Source: Coprobacillus sp. CAG:826
GTDB taxonomy: Bacteria; Bacillota_I; Bacilli_A; RFN20; CAG-826
Direction: 5' to 3'
Assembly: GCA_000437235.1 (NCBI GenBank)
Contig: FR897046.1
Coordinates: 155,664 to 219,663 of the forward strand
Length of the DNA: 64,000 nucleotides
The position numbers were made by a program, and so were the translations under genes. Under the pieces are notes generated by a model that ran no database searches, was not told the DNA's origin, and saw only the letters and a program-made list of their open reading frames with translations. Of this stretch, positions 45,968 through 56,611 are shown piece after piece (position 1 is the stretch's first letter; each line of letters begins with the position of its first letter).

Positions 45968-46873
45968 TTAATCGTAAACATTAACGTTTCCCGCGACAAT
46001 ATCGACTGAATAATCTTCACGTGTATATAAATTCGAGAACGCATCTTCTGCCGCTTCCATAATACGAGAAGAAATTTCATCAAATTTTCTAACTAAAGCG
46101 TCTTGTGCACTATCCGCTTCTGCTTGTGAATAGAAATTTTTGGCATTATGTACGCTAATATGAACCGTAAATTTAACTTTGGGTGACCAAACACTTACCT
46201 CAACTTTGACATCTAACGACATCGTTCTCATGCCAGTAGAACAGGTTTCTCCCCCAGAAAATCTTGAAGCCACTTTACGCATGGCGCGGTCTACATCTCC
46301 TTGTGTGCTATAGCGAACGGATGGGGATGAAGATGAGGAAGAAGAACTATAACTGCTTTGGGAAGTACTTCTTCTTTGAGAGGATGTTGAGGTTCTCTTT
46401 CCTTTTCTAGGAGAACCATCCCAATATATAACGTCAATAATCGTCGCAACAATCCACAATCCACTTGCTAAAGTTAAGAAATTTTCAAAACTTGGCTTCC
46501 ATACTAATCCATAAGCGCCCAATATCATAGCAATGGGATATAAAACGCCTAAAATTCTTGAAAATGTCGTACGATGCAATCCAAAAGCGGCAAAACAATA
46601 AATTGCAAATAAAACGATAACCACCCCTGCTACAATGTACGCAATCTTTTGTGTTTGTTCTGTTGACAAGCCATTTAAGCCCACCCCGATAAGGACGATA
46701 ACCACACCTGCAGCAGCACCATATTCAAAAAAAGCATAAACGCCATATAGAATCGTAATAAATGATATAAGTCCCATTAAAACTCCTACCGCTTCGCCTG
46801 CAACTAAGGCAATAAGGCCGAACGATAGCGCTAAAAGCATGTTAATGATTGTATATAGTATTTTTTCTTTCAT
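45968..46873 (-). CDS. Hypothetical polytopic membrane protein with a Ser-rich linker and a soluble C-terminal domain
   Basis: About 301 aa. Five or six TM helices, then STSSQRRSTSQSSYSSSSSSSSPS, then a domain of about 110 aa. The ATG at 46873 has GGAGG upstream. Confidence 0.55.
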   Translation of the reverse strand: MKEKILYTIINMLLALSFGLIALVAGEAVGVLMGLISFITILYGVYAFFEYGAAAGVVIVLIGVGLNGLSTEQTQKIAYIVAGVVIVLFAIYCFAAFGLHRTTFSRILGVLYPIAMILGAYGLVWKPSFENFLTLASGLWIVATIIDVIYWDGSPRKGKRTSTSSQRRSTSQSSYSSSSSSSSPSVRYSTQGDVDRAMRKVASRFSGGETCSTGMRTMSLDVKVEVSVWSPKVKFTVHISVHNAKNFYSQAEADSAQDALVRKFDEISSRIMEAAEDAFSNLYTREDYSVDIVAGNVNVYD

Positions 46874-46964
46874 AAAAAAAGCCTCCAAATCATAAACAAC
46901 TATACATTTTCAAAAAGAAAATGTCAATTTTTGCGTCATGGTTGAAGGCGATTTTTTATAATTT

Positions 46965-47501
46965 TTAAATATTCGTCGCTTTAATTTCAAAATAAGCTTG
47001 AGGATGCTTACATACTGGGCAAATTTGTGGAGCTTCTTTTCCTACATGAATATGTCCACAGTTACGGCATTTCCAAATGACAATACCATTCTTTTCAAAG
47101 ACTTGACCTTCTTCTAAATTTTTGATTAATTGACGATATCGTTCTTCGTGTTCTTTTTCAATTTTTCCGACACCTTCAAATAGAATCGCTAATTCTTCAA
47201 AGCCTTCTTCACGAGCTTCTTTGGCCATTCTTGCATACATGTCGGTCCATTCGAAGTTTTCCCCATTTGCCGCATCTAATAAATTTTCTAATGTGGATGG
47301 CATACCATCGTGTAAAGCTTTAAACCAAAGTTTTGCATGCTCTTTTTCATTATCGGCTGTTTCTAAAAACAAACTAGCAATTTGCTCATATCCCTCTTTT
47401 TTAGCTTTTGAAGCATAGAAGGTATATTTGTTTCTTGCCATTGATTCGCCTGCAAATGCTTCTAATAAATTCTTTTCAGTTCTTGATCCTTTAAGTTTCA
47501 T
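46965..47501 (-). CDS. rbr: Rubrerythrin
   Basis: Ferritin-like EAFAGES...EKEH...EKEHE di-iron motifs plus a C-terminal rubredoxin CRNCGH...CPVCKHP. Confidence 0.9.
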   Translation of the reverse strand: MKLKGSRTEKNLLEAFAGESMARNKYTFYASKAKKEGYEQIASLFLETADNEKEHAKLWFKALHDGMPSTLENLLDAANGENFEWTDMYARMAKEAREEGFEELAILFEGVGKIEKEHEERYRQLIKNLEEGQVFEKNGIVIWKCRNCGHIHVGKEAPQICPVCKHPQAYFEIKATNI

Positions 47502-47606
47502 GATGATTCTCCTTTTTCCTTTATAATATTATTATAGGCTATTTTGATGTTCATTCAAAGATGAACGAAAAAATAAACTAAATTCTTATTTTTCAAATCT
47601 AAATAT

Positions 47607-49190
47607 TTATTTCTCACTCTTTAAGACTACCTTACCATGAGTACCACCGATATAATTACCATCTAAAATAATAGGAATTCCATTAACCAAAACATGCCGA
47701 ATACCTCCAGGAGTAAAATCAGGTCTTTTTTCATCTACTCTAAGAGTGTTAGGGTCAATGACTGTGATATCCGCATAGTATCCTGGTTTTAAATATCCCC
47801 GTTTGGGAATTTCAAAACGATCAGCAGTTGCCCCTGTCATTTTTCTAATTATTTTTTCATAAGGGATTCCATATCGTTTGGCTAAAAGAAGAAATTGAGG
47901 AAAAGTTTGAAAAGCCGCAATATTTTGTAACCCTTTTTCTTCTATCCATGCATCCGTCATGAAAATAGATAAATCATCTTCCATTAAAGTCCGAACAATA
48001 TCTTCATTATAATATTTACCAAGGTAAATCCTTCCACTGCGATTGGACAAATCTACTAATTTTAAATACATATCTAAATTAGAACATTTTTCCTCTTGCG
48101 CGATTTCTGGGATTGTACGACCTTCATATTCAGGGTAATCATCAGAAATATACGCTACTAACATATCATCCCAATCTATCCCTAAAACTTTTCGATACAT
48201 AAAAATAGTCATTTCTAATTTAAAGCGATTCCATGGCTTTTTAGCTTTTTCTGGACTGAGTTTCGCATACCAAGCGGGATAAATTACAGTAATAACAGAC
48301 GCTCCATAGTGAAATGCATAATTATCAAACGTTAAAGGATAACCTTTCTTTTGCATTTGATGAAAAACAGAAAGCATTTTATTCTTCAACTTCCAACTTC
48401 TTTTTCCAACAAAAATTAAATGAGAATATTCGGTTTTACATCCTGATTTTTTTAATATATCAACAACTTCATCTAGTCCTAATTCTAAATGAGATTTTCG
48501 CGTGAAAAATGGGTAATCCGCAGAAACAGCTGAGCAAGAACGCGGATGAACTGTAAGAATACCACCATACTGCGCTATTGCTTTTGAAAAAGCAATTACT
48601 TCATCTTTTTTTGCATACCGATTTGGCTCGTACATAAATCCTAAAGAGCCTCCAAAAGCACCACCATCCATAGCTTCTTTCACAAAGTGTAATTCTTGTT
48701 CAATCTGCTCTTTTGTGAAAGGTGTAGAATCGTATCCCGCTATGCCCGCTCGAACAGATCCAAGACCGATTAATGGTACAAGGTTTACATATAATTTTCC
48801 CTCCGCTCGCATTTTGAAATCTGAAAAACTTCCAGGATGATTGGCTTCAAATAATCCTCCTCCTAATAAATCTTGAAAGGGTGTATTTGAAGACATTCCA
48901 AAAGAAGAAAAGCTACAGTTTCCCGTAATTTGGGTTGTTATGCCTTGTTCTAAAAAAGGACGAAAGAATTTTTCTGCATTAGGACGATCATAAAAAAAAT
49001 CATTATGAGAATGAGCATCAATAAATCCTGGACAAACAAAGCAGCCCGTCACATCTATGGTTTGATCAGCTTTCTCGGAAATGGTTTTTTCAATTTTTAT
49101 TATTTGACTGTTTTCTAAAAGAATATCGCCTTCCGTTGGCGCTGTTCCATTACCATCAAATAATATGCCGTTTTTAAGTAGTATTTTCAT
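47607..49190 (-). CDS. Amidohydrolase, N-acyl-D-amino-acid deacylase (D-aminoacylase) family
   Basis: 527 aa. PGFIDAHSHND metal-binding motif and a C-terminal beta-sandwich ADITVIDP...V.VNG. Confidence 0.7.
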   Translation of the reverse strand: MKILLKNGILFDGNGTAPTEGDILLENSQIIKIEKTISEKADQTIDVTGCFVCPGFIDAHSHNDFFYDRPNAEKFFRPFLEQGITTQITGNCSFSSFGMSSNTPFQDLLGGGLFEANHPGSFSDFKMRAEGKLYVNLVPLIGLGSVRAGIAGYDSTPFTKEQIEQELHFVKEAMDGGAFGGSLGFMYEPNRYAKKDEVIAFSKAIAQYGGILTVHPRSCSAVSADYPFFTRKSHLELGLDEVVDILKKSGCKTEYSHLIFVGKRSWKLKNKMLSVFHQMQKKGYPLTFDNYAFHYGASVITVIYPAWYAKLSPEKAKKPWNRFKLEMTIFMYRKVLGIDWDDMLVAYISDDYPEYEGRTIPEIAQEEKCSNLDMYLKLVDLSNRSGRIYLGKYYNEDIVRTLMEDDLSIFMTDAWIEEKGLQNIAAFQTFPQFLLLAKRYGIPYEKIIRKMTGATADRFEIPKRGYLKPGYYADITVIDPNTLRVDEKRPDFTPGGIRHVLVNGIPIILDGNYIGGTHGKVVLKSEK

Positions 49191-49388
49191 TGTTTTCCCC
49201 CATAAATAGTAAGTTAAATTAAAGTTATTAGTATATTAAAGATATCTCTTTCTTAAGATTGAACTATTATATTGCTCTACTTGTACTTACCTTTAATCAT
49301 TACTAAAAACTTTTTAACAATATGAAACATTTTAACATGTTCATTTATTTTAATGCAATATTAACACATATGATTCGTCTTATTATAT

Positions 49389-49412
49389 AAAAAAAACGTA
49401 GCCGAAGCTACG
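49389..49412 (-). terminator. Terminator after the five-tRNA cluster
   Basis: 6-bp stem CGTAGC/GCTACG with a CGAA/TTCG loop, followed by an 8-T run on the minus strand. Confidence 0.7.
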
Positions 49413-49422
49413 TGAATTTTCT

Positions 49423-49499
<77 letters not shown>

Positions 49500-49526
49500 A
49501 TGGGTAAACATATTTAAATCAAAAAC

Positions 49527-49618
49527 TGGCGGAGACAAAGAGATTCGAACTCTTGCGGGACTGTTCATCCCCTATCGGTTTTCAAGACCGACCCCTTCAA
49601 CCACTTGGGTATGTCTCC
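49527..49618 (-). tRNA. tRNA-Ser (anticodon UGA)
   Basis: 92 nt with a long variable arm. Acceptor GGAGACA/TGTCTCC, loop CTTGAAA. Confidence 0.9.
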
Positions 49619-49626
49619 ATAGAAGA

Positions 49627-49702
49627 TGGTGGACCCACTAGGACTCGAACCTAGAACCAACCGGTTATGAGCCGGGAGCTCTGACCATTGAGCTATGGGT
49701 CC
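49627..49702 (-). tRNA. tRNA with CAU anticodon, most likely tRNA-Ile2 (lysidine) by resemblance and by elimination
   Basis: GGACCC...GGCTCATAACC...GGTTCGAGTCCTA...GGGTCCACCA resembles the Bacillus Ile2 sequence as I recall it. The initiator and elongator Met tRNAs are the other two CAU genes in this cluster. Confidence 0.75.
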
Positions 49703-49718
49703 GTCCTAAATAAAATAA

Positions 49719-49795
49719 TGGTAGCTGCGGGGGGATTCGAACCCTCGACCTGCCGGGTATGAACCGGCCGCTCTAGCCAACTGAGCTACACAGCC
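49719..49795 (-). tRNA. Elongator tRNA-Met (anticodon CAU)
   Basis: GGCTGTGTAGCTCAGTTGGCTAGAGC...GGTTCATACCC. Full cloverleaf with encoded CCA. Confidence 0.85.
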
Positions 49796-49808
49796 AAATA
49801 AAACGTAA

Positions 49809-49884
49809 TGGTGGAGCCGACGAGGATCGAACTCGCTACCTCCTGCGTGCAAAGCAGGCGCTCTCCCAGGTGAGCTACGGCCCC
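49809..49884 (-). tRNA. tRNA-Ala (anticodon UGC)
   Basis: GGGGCCG acceptor with the G3-U70 identity pair. Loop TTTGCAC. Confidence 0.9.
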
Positions 49885-49904
49885 TTAGCAAGTTACGCTA
49901 GTAT

Positions 49905-49933
49905 ATTTTAGCCGTTTTCTTCTTATAGTGCAA
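49905..49933 (-). promoter_or_regulatory. Promoter candidate for the five-tRNA cluster
   Basis: Minus-strand TTGCAC, a 17-nt spacer, then TAAAAT, about 20 nt upstream of tRNA-Ala. Confidence 0.4.
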
Positions 49934-50112
49934 GTATTTTTTTATAATTTTTCGCGGTTTTTTTACAAATAATTGCTCCGCGCCTTGCCTATTTCACCTT
50001 TTCGTTCGTCATTTTATTTTTCAATAATGAAAACCTCTTTAGTTTGATGGTGAGCTATAAAGCAATCAGGGACTAAAGAGGCTATTTCTATTCTATGTTA
50101 AAAATGTAAACT

Positions 50113-50898
50113 TTATTCTTTTTTCTTTTTATCTTGTTCAATTAAGTCTTTTAAAGCCCCAATAGCGACTTTAATGGCCATTTCGGTATCATGAACTTGT
50201 TTATTTTCTAATCCACGTTTCGCTCTTTCTTGGTTCGCTACAACTAAGAAACAAGAGCCTACACGAACGTGAAGATAACTCGCTACAATAAATAAAGCAG
50301 CGGATTCCATTTCACTCGCCTTACAACCTAACGCACACCAAGCATCCCATTTCGATAAAAGTTCATCTTTGTTAGGAAGGGTTTCTGGACGATGTTGGCC
50401 ATAAAAAGCATCTTTACATTGCACTACGCCAATATGATGACGAACTTTTAAGTTTTCTGCTGAATGCTTTAAAGCGGTAATGATTTCATAATCCGCAACT
50501 GCAGGATATTCAATCGGCGCATATTCTTTGGAAGTTCCTTCAAAGCGAACAGCAGCTTGAGCGATGACTACATCGCCTCCCATAACATCTAAATCCATGC
50601 CACCACAAGTACCAACGCGAATGAATGTGTGAGCGCCATTTGCCACTAACTCTTCTAAAGCGATGGATGCAGATGGACCACCAATACCCGTTGAAGTTAC
50701 CGAAACTTTTACGCCATTTAAATAGCCCGTATAAGTAACGAATTCCCGAGAATCGCCCACTAATTTAGCATTTTCAAAATGTTCGGCAATTTTTGCACAT
50801 CTTTTTGGATCACCTGGAAGAATGACATAGTGACCAATATCTTCTGGTCCTACACCAATATGGTATTGTTTTCCGGATCCTTCAGTATAATCTATCAT
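50113..50898 (-). CDS. udp: Uridine phosphorylase (PNP/UDP-1 family)
   Basis: 261 aa. [16 protein letters not shown] and FIRVGTCGG are typical of Udp rather than DeoD. Confidence 0.8.
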   Translation of the reverse strand: MIDYTEGSGKQYHIGVGPEDIGHYVILPGDPKRCAKIAEHFENAKLVGDSREFVTYTGYLNGVKVSVTSTGIGGPSASIALEELVANGAHTFIRVGTCGGMDLDVMGGDVVIAQAAVRFEGTSKEYAPIEYPAVADYEIITALKHSAENLKVRHHIGVVQCKDAFYGQHRPETLPNKDELLSKWDAWCALGCKASEMESAALFIVASYLHVRVGSCFLVVANQERAKRGLENKQVHDTEMAIKVAIGALKDLIEQDKKKKE

Positions 50899-51065
50899 AA
50901 TCTAACCTCTTTCTTTTCCTTTTAGGAAAGCACTTTCATAAGCATTATATCACATCTTTCTTTTTTCCAAAACTTAAAAAAATAATAAGCAGAAAAAAAG
51001 ATAAGAAATCTTCTTTAAGAAAGAAAAAAGTCCAATGCTTTTTACATTGAACTTCATTAACCTCA

Positions 51066-51142
<77 letters not shown>

Positions 51143-51145
51143 AGA

Positions 51146-51222
51146 TGGCGCGCCCAGCAAGAATCGAACTCGCAACCTTTAGATTCGTAGTCTAACACTC
51201 TATCCAGTTGAGCTATGGGCGC
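51146..51222 (-). tRNA. tRNA-Arg (anticodon ACG)
   Basis: Acceptor GCGCCCA/TGGGCGC, loop CTACGAA, encoded CCA. Confidence 0.9.
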
Positions 51223-51280
51223 ATGCTCATATATAATAGCATAATCGCCACAAAATACAAGCGAAACTTTTAAAAATTTT

Positions 51281-51354
51281 TGGAGGTTCCTGACGGAGTC
51301 GAACCGACGCTCATTGAGTTGCAGTCAATTGCCTTACCACTTGGCTAAGGAACC
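51281..51354 (-). tRNA. tRNA-Cys (anticodon GCA)
   Basis: Acceptor GGTTCCT/AGGAACC, loop CTGCAAC, discriminator U, encoded CCA. Confidence 0.9.
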
Positions 51355-51555
51355 GTTGCTTTCGCAAGCGGTATAATAATATCATACCTCATAATTTTTC
51401 GCAATACATTTTTATTCAAATAACGTGTAGAACATGAGAAAAAATCGTGAATTCAAAGAAGAATTCTATTGAATTTTGACGAATTGATTTTGTTCCATAT
51501 TCTTAAAATAACCATGAAAAAAAAGACAATTCACAAGGAACTGCCTTTTTGCTTT

Positions 51556-53232
51556 TTATTTATTGGCTAAGCGACGGCGAATCTTTAATGATTTTTGTTT
51601 TTTAATAAGCATTAATAATCCGATTACAAAAGCACCAAACACGACGATGAGTAAGAAGATATAATATGGCATCATGTTGGTATAAGCACGAATTTGTCCC
51701 CACATAATGATGACATCGTCGTTAGCGGAGCCAAAGTCATTCATAATGGCGCAGCGCGCAATGATTTCTTGAGAAGGATATTGCGTTTCTAAAAGATTCG
51801 CATTTTCTTCATAAGGATAAACGACCATGCTTCTTCCTTCACTGACATTACCACTAAATAAGTGACTTAAGTCATAAGCTTCACCTAAGCCTAATTCATC
51901 AACATCAATTTCGGTCCAATAAGTGGTATTAGTAGGAAGAATATCGGAGATTTCTTCCTCGGCTTTACATTGATAAGCTTTACCTTCATAAAGAACAATG
52001 CTACCTTCTACTTCGCCTTCTTCTTCATCTTCATATGCACCGTGATAGGTAGCGCCTTCAAAATATTCGCCCACGCCATACCAATCGGTCACTAAGTCAA
52101 AAACATCATCACAAGCGATAAATGAAGTATAGCCAATGTAGTCCATATTTCTCGCTGCATTTTCTGGACGAGATAAGAAATCAATGAATTTACAAGCTAA
52201 GTCTTTATTTCCTCCTTTTGGTATTGACCAGCCGTCATACCAAACGTTACTTCCTTCATCAGGGACATAATAAGCAAGTTCTTTATCCGCTTCTTCTCTA
52301 GCGTTATCAATAGAGAATACCGCATCGCCCGACCACGCTAAATTCATTTTGATTTTTCCAGTAACGATATCATTTTTACCATTATCTACTTCAAAACCGA
52401 AGATGTTATCTTTCAAAGAAATGAGTTCTTTTTTCACAACATCAATATAAGGAGCGTAGTTTTCTTCGGTAATCAAAATATCAAATAAGTCTTGAATGAC
52501 TTGGTTATAACTGGCCCGAACTTGTGCTTTTTCTTCTTCAGTTGTCGCGTTTTCTAACGCCGCTAAATAAGCTTCTCTAGCCGGATTTAAAATGTCTTCT
52601 TGATTGGTGATAGGAGAACCTGAATACGCATGCATTAAACCAACGACAAAGGTATCACGCATAGAGTTTTTAATGGAAATCGTATTTTTATACGTTTCAT
52701 CCCAGAAAACATTCCAAGATTTTACGTCTTCATTAATGGTATCGGAGCAATTTGGATCATAAACAACCCCTAAAGTTCCCCACATATAGCCAGCTGAATA
52801 TTGATCTAAAGAGGTTTCTTTTTCCCCATCACCATCGATATCGACCATCATGCTCGCTAATTTACTACGAACTTCTTTAGAAGCATAGGTATCATAGTTT
52901 GGACATAATTCTGAAATAGAAAAGGGTTGCACTAGACCTTCACGTACCATTTTTTGAATCATGTAATCGGAAGTACAGATTAAATCATAGGTACCTTCGG
53001 GTTGTAAAGTAAATTGGTTGTACATGGTTTCGTTTGTATCATAGGTTTGATAAGAAACTGTACAATTGTATTCTTTTTTGAACTCTTCAATTAATTCTTC
53101 ATCAATATAATCTTGGCAGTTATAAATAACGAGGTGGTTTTCTCTTTTGCTTGCTTTATCGTTACTTGAACAAGAAGCAAGTCCACCAATTAAAAGAAGA
53201 AGTCCAGGAACTAGTAAAGTGATTTTTTTCAT
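51556..53232 (-). CDS. potD: Spermidine/putrescine-binding lipoprotein PotD (oversized, with a C-terminal TM helix)
   Basis: Lipobox LASC. PotD-like SBP core. An extra acidic insert and a terminal helix YYIFLLIVVFGAFVIGLLMLI. 558 aa. Confidence 0.75.
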   Translation of the reverse strand: MKKITLLVPGLLLLIGGLASCSSNDKASKRENHLVIYNCQDYIDEELIEEFKKEYNCTVSYQTYDTNETMYNQFTLQPEGTYDLICTSDYMIQKMVREGLVQPFSISELCPNYDTYASKEVRSKLASMMVDIDGDGEKETSLDQYSAGYMWGTLGVVYDPNCSDTINEDVKSWNVFWDETYKNTISIKNSMRDTFVVGLMHAYSGSPITNQEDILNPAREAYLAALENATTEEEKAQVRASYNQVIQDLFDILITEENYAPYIDVVKKELISLKDNIFGFEVDNGKNDIVTGKIKMNLAWSGDAVFSIDNAREEADKELAYYVPDEGSNVWYDGWSIPKGGNKDLACKFIDFLSRPENAARNMDYIGYTSFIACDDVFDLVTDWYGVGEYFEGATYHGAYEDEEEGEVEGSIVLYEGKAYQCKAEEEISDILPTNTTYWTEIDVDELGLGEAYDLSHLFSGNVSEGRSMVVYPYEENANLLETQYPSQEIIARCAIMNDFGSANDDVIIMWGQIRAYTNMMPYYIFLLIVVFGAFVIGLLMLIKKQKSLKIRRRLANK

Positions 53233-53245
53233 TGTATGAACCTCC

Positions 53246-54319
53246 TTACCGTCTTTTAATCGTCATTTTAGCACGACGATTATTGTAAACTGTATTTCCT
53301 ACAACGACCACGAGTACGACTAAGAAGATAATCGTTGTTAATGCCCGTACTTCCGCAGGAATTGGGTGTTTGGCAATCATCTTTTGAATGTAAGTTGAAA
53401 TCGTTTCAAAAGATGGTTTTTTCAAATATTGAGTAATCACAAAGTCATCTAAAGACAAAGTGAAAGAAATCATAAAGCCGGAAAGAATACCGGGAATAAT
53501 TTCTGGTAAAACGACTTTATATAAAGCATAACGAGGTTTAGCGCCTAAATCTAACGCTGCTTCATAGGCAAAAGGATCCATTTGTTGAAGCTTGGGTTTG
53601 ACGTTTAAATAGACAAAGGCAATGGTTAAAACGACGTGACCTACTAAAAGCGTAAAGAAGGAGAACGATAAAGATAAAGAAACGGCTAAAACCGCTAAAG
53701 ATAAAGCGATAACAATTTCCGCATTCACAACAGGAAGTTGATTCATCGTTTCTATCCATTTTCTTGCTTTTTTAGAGGAATAGAATGCGCCTACCGCCCC
53801 TAAAGTTCCTAAGATGGTCGACACAATTGCGCTTGTAACGGCAATAAGTAAAGTATTCCATACCGCTTGCATTAAATCTTTATTTTGAAAAAGTTTTACA
53901 TACAAATTGAAGGAAAAACCATTCCAGTTTCCTACTTGAACCGTATCGGTAAAAGAGAAAATAATTAAAACTAAAATCGGTAAATACATTAAAAGAAGAA
54001 TGATGTATATATAAGACTTAGCAAATATTTTCCATCTTTTTTCTTTTCGCGCTTCTCTTTTTAATACGATAGCGCCCGAACTTAAACCATGATTTCCATA
54101 GGTTTCATTGGCTCTACGGGCAATTAAATAGAAACTCGCAAAGAATAGTAACAAAATAGCGAGTGAAAGTAAGATAGTCGCTACGGCACTGATTTGCTCG
54201 GTTAAACCTAAATAAAGCATGACATCCATACAACCGACGGACAAAAGAATCGTTAATACTAAGAAAAGCGATTGATGCTTAAAGAAGCATGATAAAAAAG
54301 AAGATTTTTTCTTTACCAT
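53246..54319 (-). CDS. potC: Spermidine/putrescine ABC permease PotC (with an N-terminal extension)
   Basis: BPD permease core with ALDLGA motif. About 90 extra N-terminal residues carry two additional TM helices. Confidence 0.8.
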   Translation of the reverse strand: MVKKKSSFLSCFFKHQSLFLVLTILLSVGCMDVMLYLGLTEQISAVATILLSLAILLLFFASFYLIARRANETYGNHGLSSGAIVLKREARKEKRWKIFAKSYIYIILLLMYLPILVLIIFSFTDTVQVGNWNGFSFNLYVKLFQNKDLMQAVWNTLLIAVTSAIVSTILGTLGAVGAFYSSKKARKWIETMNQLPVVNAEIVIALSLAVLAVSLSLSFSFFTLLVGHVVLTIAFVYLNVKPKLQQMDPFAYEAALDLGAKPRYALYKVVLPEIIPGILSGFMISFTLSLDDFVITQYLKKPSFETISTYIQKMIAKHPIPAEVRALTTIIFLVVLVVVVGNTVYNNRRAKMTIKRR

Positions 54320-55119
54320 ATAGACTCCTTTCCCTCGTCATCTTTCGAGAATTTACGAGAAATCCAAACGCTTAATAGGATTAAAAGAAGCATAATTAAA
54401 GCCATGAATGAACCAAAGTTCCAATCGGATTGATTGAAATATAAGTCGATATAGCTACCAAATAATACAACGTTATATTCAGACAATAAGTCAGAAATAA
54501 CATAGGATGAAAGCGTAGGCATAAAGACCATCGTTGCCGCGGAAATAATACCTGGCATCGTCATCGGTAAAATGACTTTGATAAAGGTTTGAAAAGAGTT
54601 CGCACCTAAATCTTTACTGGCTTCAATTTGGCTACGATCCATTTTAAGCATTGTGGTATATAAAGGCAAAATTGTAAAAGGAAGATAGTTATAAACTAAA
54701 CCAATAATGGTCACGAGTTGTGGATAACTACCACCGGATAAATTGATCCAAGAAAGTAAATCACGCGTTGCCCCTGTACGGATAACAAAGTTAATCCACA
54801 TTGGCATAATGAAAAGTGTGACTAAAACCGCAGATTTATTAATCTTTTTGTCGGCTAAAAAATAAGCGACAGGATAACCAATCAACAAACATAACACTGT
54901 GTTAATAATTCCATATGTTAAGGAAATTAATAAAACATTTAAATTCGTAGAATCAGAAAAGAATTTAGTAAGATTAGCAAAAGTAAAATGTCCCGTTCCT
55001 TTATCGGTGAAAGCGTAAAAAACAATCAAGAATAAAGGCGTAATGACAAATAAAAGAAAGAATAAAATATACGGAATGGATAGATATTTCCGCTGAAATC
55101 TAAATTTCATAACGTGCAA
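54313..55119 (-). CDS. potB: Spermidine/putrescine ABC permease PotB
   Basis: 268 aa. EASKDLGA permease motif. Overlaps potA and potC. Confidence 0.85.
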   Translation of the reverse strand: MHVMKFRFQRKYLSIPYILFFLLFVITPLFLIVFYAFTDKGTGHFTFANLTKFFSDSTNLNVLLISLTYGIINTVLCLLIGYPVAYFLADKKINKSAVLVTLFIMPMWINFVIRTGATRDLLSWINLSGGSYPQLVTIIGLVYNYLPFTILPLYTTMLKMDRSQIEASKDLGANSFQTFIKVILPMTMPGIISAATMVFMPTLSSYVISDLLSEYNVVLFGSYIDLYFNQSDWNFGSFMALIMLLLILLSVWISRKFSKDDEGKESIW

Positions 55120-56611
55120 TATCTCCTTTTAGGGTTAATTTCATCTTTTCTTTCTTTACACTGATGCTTACTTTATCAAATTCATTCCAAGTCCATTCGG
55201 TATCAACGACAAAGTCATCTTCATCTTCGGTACGTACCACTAATTGATAGTGATCACCAATATAGACCATTTCAATAATTTCACCGATTAAATTACCCGC
55301 TTCTAAATCATCGCTAATTTCGATAGCGTTCATTTCAATTTCCACGGTCACATCCGCGTCGGTAAAATCATATTTTTGTCCGGTAGATGCTACAACATAA
55401 CCATCTTCATCAATATGAGAATCTTTGACTAAAGTGGTCACATCGGCATCCCAAGTCGCTTCAGCAAAGCAAACTTGGTTATTTTTATTAATGTAGCCTT
55501 CAAATACGTTCGTAGAGATAGCTCTTTTCATAATATGAATTAAATCGGGTTCGATTTTTAAGCCGACTTCAATACCGACAGGATATTGTAAAGTGGATTG
55601 AATGGTGACTTCATTCTTTCCTACCATGATGGTGTATTGATAGTGAATACCTTTAAAAATGCAGTTGGTAATTTTTCCAACGACATTGCCTTCTTCTTTT
55701 TTCACCATGACGACGTCTTCAGGACGAACGACAACGTCCACTTTTTCATGGAGTGGGAAATCATCAACACAATCCCATACTTTTCCTAAGAAACGTACTT
55801 TCTTTGGTCCATACATTGCGCCCACATAGATATTGGATTCACCAATAAAGTCCGCAACGAAAGCATTGGCAGGTTCGTTATAAATATCGGCTGGTGTACC
55901 AATTTGTTGAATTTGACCGTCTTTCATAACGACGATCGTGTCGGACATTGTTAAAGCTTCTTCTTGATCATGTGTAACATAAATAAAAGTAATACCTAAT
56001 TTCCTATGCATTTCCTTTAATTCAAGTTGCATTTCTTTTCTCATTTTAAGGTCTAATGCCCCTAAAGGCTCATCTAATAAAAGAATTTCTGGTTCGTTAA
56101 CAATTGCACGTGCTATGGCAACACGTTGTTGTTGACCTCCAGAAAGAGTCGTAATATCACGAGATTCAAATTGCTCTAAATCAACAATGCGAAGGGCTCT
56201 TACGACTTTTTCATCAATTTCTTTTTGGGTTAAATGCACCCATTTTGTTTTTTCATGCCCATGACGATCCTTCACTACTCTTTGGACTTTCTTTAATTTA
56301 AGACCAAAAGCAATATTGTCATATACGTCTAAATGCGGGAAAAGCGCATAACGTTGAAATACCGTATTGACCGGTCTTTTATAAGGAGGAAGACTGGTAA
56401 TATCTTCTCCATTTAAAAGAATTTGTCCTTTCGTTGGGATTTCAAAACCAGCAATCATCCGTAAAGTTGTTGTCTTTCCACAACCCGATGGACCTAAAAA
56501 GGTCACAAATTCACCCTTATTGACATAAAGGTTAAAGTTTTCCACTGCTGTAAAACTGCCATATTCCTTGTTTACACCAATGAGTTCAATAATCACATTT
56601 TCTTTTTTCAT
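55100..56611 (-). CDS. potA: Spermidine/putrescine ABC ATPase PotA (with an insertion and a C-terminal extension)
   Basis: GPSGCGKTT, LSGGQQQR and LLLDEP motifs. The ATG at 56611 is preceded by GAGGT. A 25-aa insert lies before the signature motif and about 130 extra residues lie at the C-terminus. Confidence 0.9.
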   Translation of the reverse strand: MKKENVIIELIGVNKEYGSFTAVENFNLYVNKGEFVTFLGPSGCGKTTTLRMIAGFEIPTKGQILLNGEDITSLPPYKRPVNTVFQRYALFPHLDVYDNIAFGLKLKKVQRVVKDRHGHEKTKWVHLTQKEIDEKVVRALRIVDLEQFESRDITTLSGGQQQRVAIARAIVNEPEILLLDEPLGALDLKMRKEMQLELKEMHRKLGITFIYVTHDQEEALTMSDTIVVMKDGQIQQIGTPADIYNEPANAFVADFIGESNIYVGAMYGPKKVRFLGKVWDCVDDFPLHEKVDVVVRPEDVVMVKKEEGNVVGKITNCIFKGIHYQYTIMVGKNEVTIQSTLQYPVGIEVGLKIEPDLIHIMKRAISTNVFEGYINKNNQVCFAEATWDADVTTLVKDSHIDEDGYVVASTGQKYDFTDADVTVEIEMNAIEISDDLEAGNLIGEIIEMVYIGDHYQLVVRTEDEDDFVVDTEWTWNEFDKVSISVKKEKMKLTLKGDIARYEI

